Positions 27,466 to 40,400 of a DNA stretch of 64,000 bases are shown here, one piece after another (position 1 is the first letter of the stretch; each line of letters begins with the position of its first letter). The notes under the pieces are model-generated. The model made no database searches and was not told where the DNA came from. It saw only the letters and a program-made list of their open reading frames with translations. The stretch is from Macrostomum lignano. Lineage: Eukaryota. The position numbers and the translations under genes were made by a program. Location: NCBI GenBank assembly GCA_002269645.1, contig NIVC01000112.1:206520-270519 (forward strand), in the 5' to 3' direction.

Positions 27466-29750
27466 TCACGTGAACATGGCTCTCGTATTCCGGAAGCTGT
27501 CTCTGCTTCTCTGCTTCTCCTCCTCCTCGGCCTGCCGCCGCAGCCGCTGCTCCCTCAGCTCGGCCTGCAGTTTGCCATCAGCCGACTGGATGGCGATCTT
27601 GGACTCGAAGAAGTTCTTAGCCTCCATAACGCCCACCTCTTCAACGTTGATTTCCGACACCTCAACGTAGCAGTCGTACCAGGCCATGAGCTCGCCAGAG
27701 TAGTCCAGCTGGCCGGCTCTGGCCTTGCGGAATATCGCCAGGAATTCGCGGAAATTGATGCGACTGTCGTGATCCTCGTCGACCTGTCAATCAATCGATC
27801 AAAGGGATATTATTTTTTAAAAACACGCTTGATAAAAAGCATGCCATGGGTCCAAAAAGACAATCAGGAAACTAAGTTGGGTTTAAAGTTAATCAAAACT
27901 GCAAAAAGACATTTTATGAAATGTTGGGAAATAAATTTTTGGAAAAAGAACGAGACAGGAAGGAGGTGGAAAAGAGATTCGGGGGATTGAGAGGGAGAAG
28001 AGGGACACAGGGAGAGGGAGAGAGACAGGGCGGAGAGGGAGACAGGGAGGATAGGGAGAGACAGGGCGGAGAGGGAGAGACAGGGAGGAGAGGGAGACAG
28101 GAAGGATAGGGAGAGACAGGGAGGAGAGGGAGAGACAGGGAGGAGAGGGAGACAGGAAGGATAGGGAGAGACAGGGAGGAGAGGGAGAGACAGGAAGGAT
28201 AGGGAGAGACAGGGAGGAGAGGGAGAGACAGGGAGGAGAGGGAGACAGGAAGGATAGGGAGAGACAGGGAGGAGAGGGAGAGACATGGAGGAGAGGGAGA
28301 GACAGGGAGGAGAGGGAGACAGGAAGGATAGGGAGAGACAGGGAGGAGAGGGAGAGACAGGGAGGAAAGGGAGAGACAGGGAGGAGAGGGAGAGACAGGG
28401 AGGATAGGGAGAGACAGGGAGGAGAGGGAGACATGAAGGAGGTGAAAGAGAGATGGGGCGAGAGAGAGAGGAGAGGGAGACAGGGGAGAGGGAGCCAGGG
28501 AGAAAAGGGAGGCGGGGGTCGCGAGGGAGACAGGGAGGAGAGGGAGACGGGGAGGAGAAGGAGAGATAGGGAGGAGAGTGAGACAGGGAGGAGAGGGAGA
28601 CAGGGAGGAGAGGGAGACAGGGAGGAGAGGGAGACAGGGAGGGAGAGACAGGGAGAGGGAGACAGGGAGGAGAGGGAGACAGGGAGGGAGAGACAGGGAG
28701 AGGGAGACAGGGAGGAGAGGGAGACAGGGAGGAGAGGGAGACAGGGAGAGGGAGACAGGGAGAGGGAGACAGGGAGAGGGAGACAGGGAGAGGGAGACAG
28801 GGAGAGGGAGACAGGGAGGAGAGGGAGACAGGGAGGAGAGGGAGACAGGGAGAGGGAGACAGGGAGGAGAGGGAGACAGGGAGAGGGAGACAGGGAGAGG
28901 GAGACAGGGAGAGGGAGACAGGAACGATACCATTTACCGGTAGTTACGTGCACAAAATCCGCACCTCTTTAATCATCGACTTCAAACCCAGATGAGTCTG
29001 TGGCGCGCCCAGCTTCTCCATCATCAGTTTGAGATCGTTGAATCCGATGAAATTATCCCCATCAGCGTCGTACATAACGAAGGCTTCTCTGAGGCGATTG
29101 ATGTCGCGATGGGAGAACTCGGGGAACTCCAGGCTGGGGTTGAATTTCCTTCTAGTAGCAGCCAGCTGCGGCGGCTTTTCCGGCAAGTCAGCGGGCGGCT
29201 CCGCGGCTGGCGCCGCTGCTGCTGGCGGCTCGGCGACGCCAGCTGAAGGATTGGACGGAGGCGGCGGTGCTGGCGGCGGTGTCGAAGAAGCCGGAGGAGG
29301 CGGATTTCGTTTCTGCTGCTGAGGCGACGCGGCGATAAAGCTGAAGGAGGTCTCGGACACGTCGCTATCGGTGGACTCGGACTTCTCCAGCCTGGTGGCA
29401 AGTTTGGCTGCCAGCTGAGGGCACAGGCAGGGGCCGCAGCGAGCCAGCAGGAGCCGCTGACGTTCCCGACGCTCGCTCAACATGTCGTCGATGGCATTCG
29501 CGGCTGACTGATGCTCACACTGGGCTCCGGCTTCGCTGTCGGCTGCGACTGCCCCGGCGGCTGCGGCATCTTCGCTGCCGGCATCGGAGAGTTGCAGACG
29601 GCGGGCGAGCTTCTCGGCCAGGTCCTGGTCCAGCTGCGGCTGCTGCAGCTGGACGGAGATGCAGCTGGACGCGGCTGAGCTTCGGCGGCGCGTGAGCTGC
29701 TCCTGCTGCTCGGGCAGCTGCGACTGCGGCTGGGCCTCGTCAAGGGTCGT
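27466..29750 (-). CDS. EFHD2: EF-hand domain protein D (Swiprosin-1 / EFHD1-2 family)
   Basis: Exons 29750-28965 and 27783-27466 join in phase 0. Conserved FNPSLEFPEFS, YDADGDNFIGFNDLKLMMEKLGAPQTHLGLKSMIKEVDEDHDSRINFREFLAIFRKA, GVMEAKNFFESKI and a C-terminal coiled coil. First in-frame ATG is 29483, but the frame is open from the acceptor at 29750. Confidence 0.92.
27950..28925. repeat. Polypurine minisatellite in EFHD2 intron
   Basis: GGGAGACAGGGAGGAGA variants. Confidence 0.92.
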
Positions 29751-29764
29751 CTGCGAGTTATAGA

Positions 29765-30240
29765 TATTAGCGTTTGATTAGGCGTTGCTATGGTGGTTTG
29801 TAGCTATATGAGGATGCGTTGCCATGGGGATTCGTAGCTAAATGAAGATACGTTGCTATGGTGGTTTGTAGCTATATGAGGATGCGTTGCTATGGGGATT
29901 CGTAGCCATATGAGGATGCGTTGCTATGGGGATTTGTAGCTATATGAAGACTATGCGTTGATATGGGGATTTGAAGCTATATGAGGATGCGTTACTATGG
30001 GGATTTGTAGCCATATGAGGCTGCGTTGCTATGGGGATTTGCAGCTATATGAGGATGCGTCGGTATGTGGATTTACAGCTAGATAAGAGGATGCGTTGCT
30101 ATGGGATTTGTAGCTAGAAATGAAAACGCGTTGCTATGGGGATTTGTAGCTATATGAGGATGCTTTGCTATGGGGATTGAAAGCTATATGAAGAATCGTT
30201 GCTATGGGGATTAGCAGCTATATGAGGATTTGTTGCTATT
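29765..30240. repeat. ~34-bp minisatellite upstream of the EFHD2 acceptor
   Basis: GCTATATGAGGATGCGTTGCTATGGGGATTTGTA variants. Confidence 0.88.
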
Positions 30241-30605
30241 TTAATTCATTGAATAAACAGCTAGATACAGAAGTGCTTCCGCTACGTAAAATTGAATTTG
30301 GCATTGTTAATAAACGCAAATTTGTTATATTTTTACGATAGATGCAAATACAAATGCAGACACTGCGCACAATGAACAGTTGAGCAATAAATATCTAACA
30401 TTGAATAATTATTACATAATTAGTAAAACTTGTGTCCTGCAAAATCAATGCAGCAACAGTATAAAATTGCAGATGATTAAAACTGACTGCAGATTTCTTG
30501 TCATAAATTTATAAAGGGCAAACTGGATGACATTGTGCAATCCTAAATACCAAAAATAATAACTGAAGCTACTCGTCAGTGCAACAAAGTGGCACTTATA
30601 TGAGA

Positions 30606-30780
30606 GCGAATGCTGAATATTGAATGCAATTGAGAATTACCTATTTGAGCGAATGCTGAATATTGAATGCAATTGAGAATTACCTATTTGAGCGAATGCT
30701 GAATATTGAATGCAATTGAGAATTACCTATTTGAGCGAATGCTGAATATTGAATGCAATTGAGAATTACCTATTTGAGCA
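30606..30780. repeat. 43-bp tandem repeat (4 copies)
   Basis: GCGAATGCTGAATATTGAATGCAATTGAGAATTACCTATTTGA. Confidence 0.88.
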
Positions 30781-31039
30781 TTCTAGAGAATTAAAAACGG
30801 AAGTTGGCTGCTGGAAATGCAACGAAAATGCGCCATCATCATGCTTGAATTAAAGTTAAAAAATACGCCTATGAATTGAATAGGAGAGGAACAGAGAAGA
30901 GGGCAGGTGCAGGGTGAGACGCGAGGGTGCAGGATGAAAGAGAAGAGGAAGAGAGGTGAGGATTAAGCATTAGAGAGGGCAAAATGAGATGGGAGGGTTA
31001 CAGTTGAGGATGAGGAGAAAGACGGAAGGATGAAAGGGT

Positions 31040-31310
31040 AAGGAGTGAGAGGATGAGAGAGAGTGGGAGGGTAAGAGGGTGAGAAGGTGAGAGGGTAAGA
31101 GGGTTAGAGGGTTAGAGGGTAGGAGGGCGAGAGGTTGAGAGGGTGTGAGGGTAAGAGGGTGAGAGGGTAAGAGGGTGGGAGGGTAAGAGGGTGGGAGGGT
31201 AAGAGGGTAAGACGGATAGAGGGTAAGTGGGTGGGAGGGTAAGAGGGTGAGAGGGTGGAAGGGTAAGAGGGTAAGAGGGAGGGTAAGAGAGGAGGGTAAG
31301 GAGCAAGAGG
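31040..31310. repeat. G-rich ~16-bp repeat downstream of the DNMT1 stop
   Basis: GAGGGTAAGAGGGTGA variants. Confidence 0.8.
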
Positions 31311-31403
31311 ACAGTACAGCAAGTGGAGTCAGTAGCACAGACAAATCCAAAAGACGCGCAGAGCAGCAGCCGATATGTATCGAAGCAGCCGTGCTAGCAC
31401 TGG

Positions 31404-34400
31404 CTAAGTAGGCGAATCCTGAACCGCAGCCGCCAGAGCCCGAACCAGCTGCACTCCCAGCGCCCTGGCCAGCGGAGGCGGCACCGCGTTGCCAATCTGA
31501 CGATGCCTGGCAACCAGGTCGCCAGCGAATCTGTAAGCATCCGGGAAGCCCTGCGATCTGGCGCATTCCCGCACGGACACGACCCGGTTCTGGGTTGGGT
31601 GCACCACTCGGCCCTGCTTGCCCATTGGCTCGGGATTGGTCACTGTGGTGGAGAAGAAGCCTTCGACGTCCAGCCTGCCGTACAGGCCGGCCCAGTGGTT
31701 GTGCCGGTCGCCGGTGTGCGGCAGGCACCAGGGGATCAGCGTGTTGAGCTGCTTGGCCTGGCTGTCGCATTTGCCGGGCTTGATGGCGCACGGACAGACG
31801 CCTCGGTCGCCGTGCGTGTAGCGGAGGCGGCGGGCCAGGGAGCCGTCGCTGAGAGTGATCTGCGGGCATGGGGAGAGCGATGTTTGAGCTCGGTTTGGGA
31901 CTTCAGTGAGCGATTCTCAGTGAGCATCAGGGCGATTCTCAATGAGCATCAGGGCGATTCTCAATGAGCATCAGGGCGATTCTCAATGAGCATCAGGGCG
32001 ATTCTCAGTGAACATCAGGGCGATTCTCAGTGAGCATCAGGGCGATTCTCAGTGAACATCAGGGCGATTCTCAGTGAGCATCAGGGCGATTCTCAGTGAG
32101 CATCAGGGCGATTCTCAGTGAGCATCAGGGCGATTCTCAGTGAGCATCAGGGCGATTCTCAATGAACAACAGGGCGATTGTCAGTGAGCATCAGGGCGAT
32201 TCTCAGTGAGCATCAGGGCGATTCTCAGTGAGCATCAGGGCGATTCTCAATGAACAACAGGGCGATTCTCAGTGAGCATCAGGGCGATTCTCAGTGAGCA
32301 TCAGGGCGATTCTCAATGAACAACAGGGCGATTCTCAGTGAGCATCAGGGCGATTCTCAGTGAGCATCAGGGCAATTCTTAGCAATTATCAGGGGATTCT
32401 TGGCAATTATCAGGGAGATTCTTAGGTAATTATCAAGGGGATTCTTAAGTAATTATCAAGGCGATTATGAGACAGTTATGAGGTTGATTAATAGAAGAAT
32501 CAAGACAGGAATTAAGCACAAATACAAACCTCCACATTGGGCAGGTCGCGCCAGTCAGCTCCGGGACAAGTGGGAATCAGGGCCAGCCTCGCTTCAACCA
32601 GCGGAGTCAGCTGCTTAGTCACATGATCAGTGAGCTTGTCTGAATTGTCCAGCCGACCGGCCCGCATAATCAGCTGATAATGAGTCTTCGGCTTCGACCC
32701 GTAGGGCGCCGGCTGGTCCAGTCGGGATGCGCCGCCGCTGTCGATCACCGGCAGGTCGCTCAGCGCGTCACCAACTGTGATTGGTCGAAGCGGGCCGCTG
32801 AAGCAGCCGCTGGCAGGCGAGGTCGGTGGTTCGTATCGGCGATCGCCGACTAGCAGGGCGAGGCCGGCGCAGGCTTTGGGCGAGAACGAGTGAACGGCGA
32901 TTGGGAATTGGGCGAATTGGCGACCCGGAGCGGCGGCCAGGATGATGAGGCGGCGACGAGTCTGCGGCACCCCGAACTGGCCGGCTTGCAGGATGGCGGC
33001 GCCTGCGGTCGAGCGGATTAGCGTTAGTGGCTAGGGAGCTGCAAGGCCCATCTCATCAGCACGCCAGGAGACAGGGGGGGAGACAGGGGATTGGGGAGAC
33101 GGGGGATGGGGAGACAGAGGATGAGGAGACGGGGGATGGGGAGACAGGGATGGGGCGACAGGGATGGGGAGACAGGGGATTGGGGAGACAGGGGATGAGG
33201 GGGATAGGGGATGAGGGGGGAGACGGGATGAGAGGGACAGGGGATGAGGTGGGGACGGGATGAGAGGGAGACAGGGGGAGAGGGAGAAAGGGGGAGAGAG
33301 ACAGGGTGAGAGGGATACAGGGTAAGAGGAAGACAGGGTGAGAGGGAGACAGGGGATGAGGGGGACAGGGGATGAGGGGGGAGACGGGATGAGAGGGAGA
33401 CAGGGGGAGAGAGAGACAGGGTGAGAGGGAGACAGGGGAGAGGGAGACAGGGGAGAGGGAGACAGGGGATGAGGGGGACAGGGGATGAGGGGGGAGACGG
33501 GATGAGAGGGAGACAGGGTGAGAGGGAGACAGGGTGAGAGGGAGACAGGGTGAGAGGGAGACAGGGTGAGAGGGAGACAGGGTGAGAGGGAGATGGAGGA
33601 TGAGGTGAGACAGGGGATGAGGGGGACAGGGGATGAGAGGGGAGACGGGGTGAGAGGGAGACAGGGTGAAAGGGAGACAGAGAATGATGTGAGACAGGGG
33701 ATGAGGGGGACAGGGGATGAGGGGGAGACAGGGTGAGAGGGAGACAGGGTGAGAGGGAGACAGGGTGAGAGGGAGACAGGGTGAGAGGGAGACAGGGTGA
33801 GAGGGAGACAGGGTGGGAGGGAGATAGAGAATGATGTGAGACAGGGGATGAGGGGGACAGGGGATGAGAGGGGAGACGGGGTGAGAGGGAGACAGGGTGA
33901 AAGGGAGACAGGGTGAGAGGGAGACAGGGTGAGAGGGAGACAGGGTGAGAGGGAGACAGGGTGAGAGGGAGACAGGGTGAGAGGAAGATATAGGATGAGG
34001 TGAGACAGGGGATGAGGGGGACAGGGGATGAGAGGGGAGACGGGTTGAGAGGGAGAAAGGGGGAGAGGGAGACAGGGTGAGAGGGAGACGGGGGAAGAAG
34101 AGAGGGGAAGAGGGAAAGAGGAGAGACTGAAATGAAGTAAGAATCGGGGAGATGAGAGAAGCAGTTGCACAAGATGGACACAGCGGGTTAGCTATAATAC
34201 GAGACATGCATGTAGGACTCAGCCAACTCGAGTGTGAGCAAAAAAACTAAAAGACTCTCAACTCGATGTGAAGGAGCCCCTTGCAGACTGAAATCTCTTT
34301 ACAGCTGCAATCTGTTCTAGCTGCCATCGTTACAGTCAAGCTAGGGATGCCAGTATGGCTTCCAATTCGTTAATACGAAATGCGAAGGCATGGCCAGAGC

Positions 34401-37400
34401 TGACTAATGCTTGATGAGCAGCCTGGATGGCATCTTGGAGATAGACACAAGATAGACAGGGTGAGATAAGACACGAGACAGGGTGAGATTAGACACGAGA
34501 GAGACTGGGTGAGATTAGACACGAGATAGACAGGGTGAGATAAGGCACGAGACAGGGTGAGATTAGACACGAGAGAGACAGGGTGAGATTAGACACGAGA
34601 TAGACAGGGTGAGATAAGGCACGAGACAGGGTGAGATTAGACACGAGAGAGGCAGTCACAGGGTGAGATTAGACACGAGAGAGGCAGTCACAGGGTGAGA
34701 TTAGACACGAGATAGACAGGGTGAGATAAGACACGAGAGACAGGGTGAGATAAGACACGAGAGACAGGGTGAGATAAGACACTAAGCTACGGGAGACAGG
34801 GTGAGATAAGACACTAAGCTACGGGAGACAGGGTGAGATAAGACACTAAGACACGAGAGACAGGGTGAGATAAGACACGAGAGACAGGGTGAGATAAGAC
34901 ACTAAGCTACGGGAGACAGGGTGAGATAAGACACTAAGCTACGGGAGACAGGGTGAGATAAGACACTAAGCTACGGGAGACAGGGTGAGATAAGACACGG
35001 CAGACAGGGTGAGATAAGACACGGCAGACAGGGTGAGATAAGACACGGCAAACAGGGAGAGATTATGAACATACAAAGCTCACTCACCCAGCTGATACCC
35101 CATGGCCAGCAGACATCGCATGGTGAGCTGCAGCACGCAGGACTTATTATAAGCGGCAAAATTGCGCACATTCTCCAGCAGGAAATAGTCCGGCCTGTAG
35201 AAATCGGCGTAGCTCAGAAACGATGCCACTAGAGAGTTTTTCAACTTGCTGGCCTCCCGGGCGCTGAACCGGTTCATGCCGCTGTAGCCCTGACAGGGCG
35301 GGCCGCCGCATAGCAGCTGCACTTGGCCGCGCTGGGGAATCGGCAGCCGGCGACTGTCCGGAGTCTCGGACACGCCGTCCATGGCCAGACGGAGCAGCCG
35401 GTTGCAATCGTCGGTGAGGACGGCGCAGTCAGGATGATTCAATGCGAACGCTTTGGCAGCGTCCGGGTCGCGCTCGATGGCCCAGTGGGTGACGGCGGCT
35501 CCGGCTTGGTGCAAACCCTCGGAGAGGCCGCCGCAGCCGGAGAACACGTCTAGGCAGCGAAGCGGCTTCACCTGGGCGATTGGGAGAGGAGTTGAGGCAA
35601 ATTGTGACTCAGAGACTATCTGACAATAGGGTCTGACTCATCATAGATTATCTGACAATAAGGTCTGACTCATCATAGATTATCTGACAATAAGGTCTGA
35701 CTCATCATAGATCATCTGACAATAAGGTCTGACTCATCATAAATCATCTGACAATAAGGTCTGACTCATCATAAATCATCTGACAATAAGGTCTGACTCA
35801 TCATAAATCATCTGACAATAAGGTCTGACTCGTCATAGATCATCTGACAATAAGGTCTGACTCGTCATAGATCATCTGACAATAAGGTCTGACTCATAGA
35901 TCATCTGACAATAAGGTCTGACTCATAGATCATCTGACAATAAAGTCTGACTCTTAGATCATCTGACAATAAGGTCTGACTCATCATAGATTATCTGACA
36001 ATAAGGTCTGACTCATCATAGATTATCTGACAATAAGGTCTGACTCATAGATCATCTGACAATAAGGTCTGACTTATAATAGATTATCTGACAATAAGGT
36101 CTGACTCATCATAGATAATCTGACAACAAGGTCTGACTCATAGATTATCTGACAATAAGGTCTGACTCATCATAGATTATCTGACAATAAGGTCTGACTA
36201 ATAGATCATCTGACAATAAGGTCTGACTCATAGATCATCTGACAATAAGGTCTGACTCGTCATAGATCATCTGACAATAAGGTCTGACTCATCATAAATC
36301 ATCTGACAATAAGGTCTGACTCATCATAAATCATCTGACAATAAGGTCTGACTCGTCATAGATCATCTGACAATAAGATCTGACTCGTCATAGATCATCT
36401 GACAATAAGGTCTGACTCATAGATCATCTGACAATAAAGTCTGACTCTTAGATCATCTGACAATAAGGTCTGACTCATCATAGATTATCTGACAATAAGG
36501 TCTGACTCATCATAGATTATCTGACAATAAGGTCTGACTCATAGATCATCTGACAATAAGGTCTGACTCATAGATCATCTGACAATAAGGTCTGACTCAT
36601 CATAGATTATCTGACAATACGGTCTGACTTATAGATCATCTGACAGTAAGGTCTGACTCTTAGATTATCTGACAGTAAGATCTGACTTTTAGCTACCTGA
36701 GCCAGTTGAGCAGCTTCATCCCGCATAGCCTGCAGATCTACAGACTCCTGCTCAACGCAGACAGACTCCATCTGCCCAGTGTCAGCATCAAACTGAGTAT
36801 CGTAGTAGAAGCGGTCTGGACCAGACAGAAAGAACTGCTCCGGCGAGGTGTACAATCCTTCCAATTCGTCCGCGTGAACAACCGTACAGAGGCCTCTGAC
36901 GCGCTCGGAGACAACCACGGAGCATTCCTCGTCGCTGCAGTAAAGAAGGTGCAGCGGCCGGAGCCGGTCAGAGTCCAAGGTGGCGACCGCGTCCTCGGGT
37001 CTGTAGAACATCTTCAACCGAATTCGCAAGGGGAACGACGGGCCTCGCTTGAATATTTCAACAATTCGTCCGATCTGAAAGCGGGAACGCGAAGGGATTG
37101 GTAAATGTGGAGAGAATGGTGAATGCAAGCAGATTGGTGAATGTGGAGAGAATGGTGAATGCAAGCAGATTGGTGAATGTGGAGAGAATGGTGAATGCAA
37201 GCAGATTGGTGAATGTGGAGAGATTGGTGAATGCAAGCAGATTGGTGAATGTGGAGAGAATGGTGAATGCAAGCAGATTGGTGAGTGTGGAGACATTGGT
37301 GAATGCAAGCAGATTGGTGAATGTGGAGAGAATAGTGAATGCAAGCAGATTGGTGAATGTGGAGAGAATAGTGAATGCAAGCAGATTGGTGAATGTGGAG

Positions 37401-40400
37401 AGAATGGTGAATGCAAGCAGATTGGTGAGTGTGGAGACATTGGTGAATGCAAGCAGATTGGTGAATGTGGAGAGAATAGTGAATGCAAGCAGATTGGTGA
37501 ATGTGGAGAGAATAGTGAATGCAAGCAGATTGGTGAATGTGGAGAGAATAGTGAATGCAAGCAGATTGGTGAATGTGGAGAGAATGGTGAATGCAAGCAG
37601 ATTGGTGAATGTGGAGAGATTGGTGAATGCAAGCAGATTGGTGAATGTGGAGAGAATGGTGAATGCAAGCAGATTGGTGAGTGTGGAGAGATTGGTGAAT
37701 GCAAGCAGATTGGTGAGTGTGGAGAGATTGGTGAATGCAAGCAGATTGGTGAATGTGATTGGTAAATGTGAGTTTATTGAATGTGAGATTGGTGAATGTA
37801 AGATTAGTGAATGTGAGGATATTGGTGAATGTGAGGAGATCGTTGAATGCGAGGAGATTGGTGAATGTGGGGAGATTAGTGAATGTGAGGAGATTAGTGA
37901 ATCTGAGATTTGTGAATGTGAGGAGATTGATAAATGTGAGGAGATTTGTGAATGTGAGGAGATTAGTGAATGTGAGGAGATTAGTAAATGTGAGGAGATT
38001 AGTGAATGTGAGGAGATTGGTGAATGCGAGGAGATTGTTGAATGTAAGGAGATTGGTGAATGTAAGGAGATTGGTGAATGTGAGGAGATTAGTAAATGTG
38101 AGGAGATTAGTGAATCTGATATTGGTGAATGTGAAGAGATTGATTATTGTGAAGAAATTACGAGTACTGAATGTGAGGATATTGGTGATTGTGAAGAAAT
38201 CAGTGATCGTGAAGATAGTGGTGAATGCCAAAGAGAAGACAAAACAGCTCACCTGATAAGGCGCCGGAGTAGACTCATTGGATCCTTTTACGTAGGCAGT
38301 CTTGCGATACCGCTCAGTGTACACGGAGTCGGGATAAGGCGAATCCTTATCTGCCTTAGCCGGCTGCTGCTGCTGCTGCTGTGAAGCCCGCCTGGTTGAT
38401 TCGTTTGCAAATTTATGCGAGCCAGGCTCCAGGTAGCAACAGCCTAGCAACTTGTAGACCTGGCCTCGCCAGCGGAAGGCCGAGTAGCGCTGCTTGTTGG
38501 CACCTGCTGTTGAAGCGGCCGAAGCTGCGGCTGTCAGAGCTCGGCAGGGTCTGGGGACGGCCTCCAGACAGGAGCGCCGCCTCGCTGAGCAGGTTGAGCA
38601 ATCTCTGTAGCTGTCCTCGTCATCTTGGTTGCCATCTGCATCGGCATCTGGATCGGCCGGCTCCTCCTCGGCTTGGTCGTTTGGCGGGTCAATGAAGAAT
38701 CCTTTATCCGGCAGGTAGACTTTCTGGTAGAACAGACGGCCTGCGGATGCGTTCGCCTCCATCTCGGCTGCGCTCGCTGTCACTAGGCGGTCACCTGAGA
38801 TTCCAGGTGTGTTTTAATGTGTCAATCATCAACTTGGTCTGTCAATCATCAACTTGGTCTGTCAATCATCAACTTGGTCTGTCAATCATCAACTGGGTCT
38901 GTCAATCATCAACTGGGTCTGTCAATCATCAACTTGGTCTGTCAATCATCAACTTGGTCTGTCAATCATCAACTTGGTCTGTCAATCATCAACTGGGTCT
39001 GTCAATCATCAACTGGGTCTGTCAATCATCAACTTGGTCTGTCAATCATCAACTTGGTCTGTCAATCATCAACTGGGTCTGTCAATCATTAACTGGGTCT
39101 GTCAATCATTAACTGGGTCTGTCAATCATCAACTTGATCTGTCAATCATCAACTTGATCTGTCAATCATCAACTTGGTCTGTCAATCATCAACTTGGTCT
39201 GTCAATCATTAACTGGGTCTGTCAATCATCAACTTGGTCTGTCAATCATCAACTGGGTCTGTCAATCATCAACTTGGTCTGTCAATCATCAACTGGGTCT
39301 GTCAATCATTAACTGGGTCTGTCAATCATCAACTGGGTCTGTCAATCATCAACTGGGTCTGTCAATCATTAACTGGGTCTGTCAATCATTAACTGGGTCT
39401 GTCAATCATTAACTGGGTCTGTCAATCATCAACTGGGTCTGTCAATCATTAACTGGGTCTGTCAATCATCAACTGGGTCTGTCAATCATCAACTGGGTCT
39501 GTCAATCATCAACTGGGTCTGTCAATCATTAACTGGGTCTGTCAATCATCAACTGGATGTATCAATCATCAACCGGATGTATCAATCATCAACCGGATGT
39601 ATCAATCATCAACCGGATGTATCAATCATCAACTGGATGTATCAATCATCAACCGGATGTATCAGTATCAATCATCAACCGGAAGTATTAGTAATCAACC
39701 GGATGTATCAATCATCAACCGGATGTATCAATCATCAACCAGATGTATCAATCATCAACCGGATGTATCAATCATCAACTGGATGTATCAATCCTGCACG
39801 ATATCAATTAAGGATATGTCAATCATCAACTAAACGCGTCATCATCAAGGACAGATGCATCCAGCCATCAAACATGGTCACAGACTGTCTCCAGCAGCAA
39901 CCACGCCACCCCCTCACCTGCAGATCTTCGCGCCACCTCCAGCCGCATCACCACGGCGGCCAGTTCGGCGCTGCAGCACTCGTCGTTGGTGGCGAACAGC
40001 TCGCACGGATCCGCAGTCCGGCCCAGGATGGTGTCCTCGCCGTGCAGGAAGGCGCTGCCGTGAAACCTGGCCTGCAGCTGCGGCCCGCTGCCCTCGGAGT
40101 ACAGCCTGGTGATTCGGGCCGCGCGCCAAGAGCCGGGCCTGGCGTCGCGCCAGCTTGAGCGCCACAGGACGAAATCGCCGATCGATAGGCGGCAGCGACT
40201 GCCAAGACGGACAGCGGAATAGTACAGGCGGAGCCGCCGGCCCGCCGCTACCGAGGGCGGCCTGCGCTGAATTGGCTCACCGAGGAACTCGACCGGGTCG
40301 CCAGCCTGGGGAGTGGCGACGCGTCTTTGTTGCTATGCGGATGTAAATTGAAGGGATCTGGGAGGCTGGCCCAGCAACTAAGGATCTAGGAGGCTGGTGG

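Noticed and set aside
37098-38384. 428-aa + strand ORF with [11 protein letters not shown] and ECEEIS repeats
   Set aside because: Antisense to DNMT1 and confined to the intron 4 satellite.
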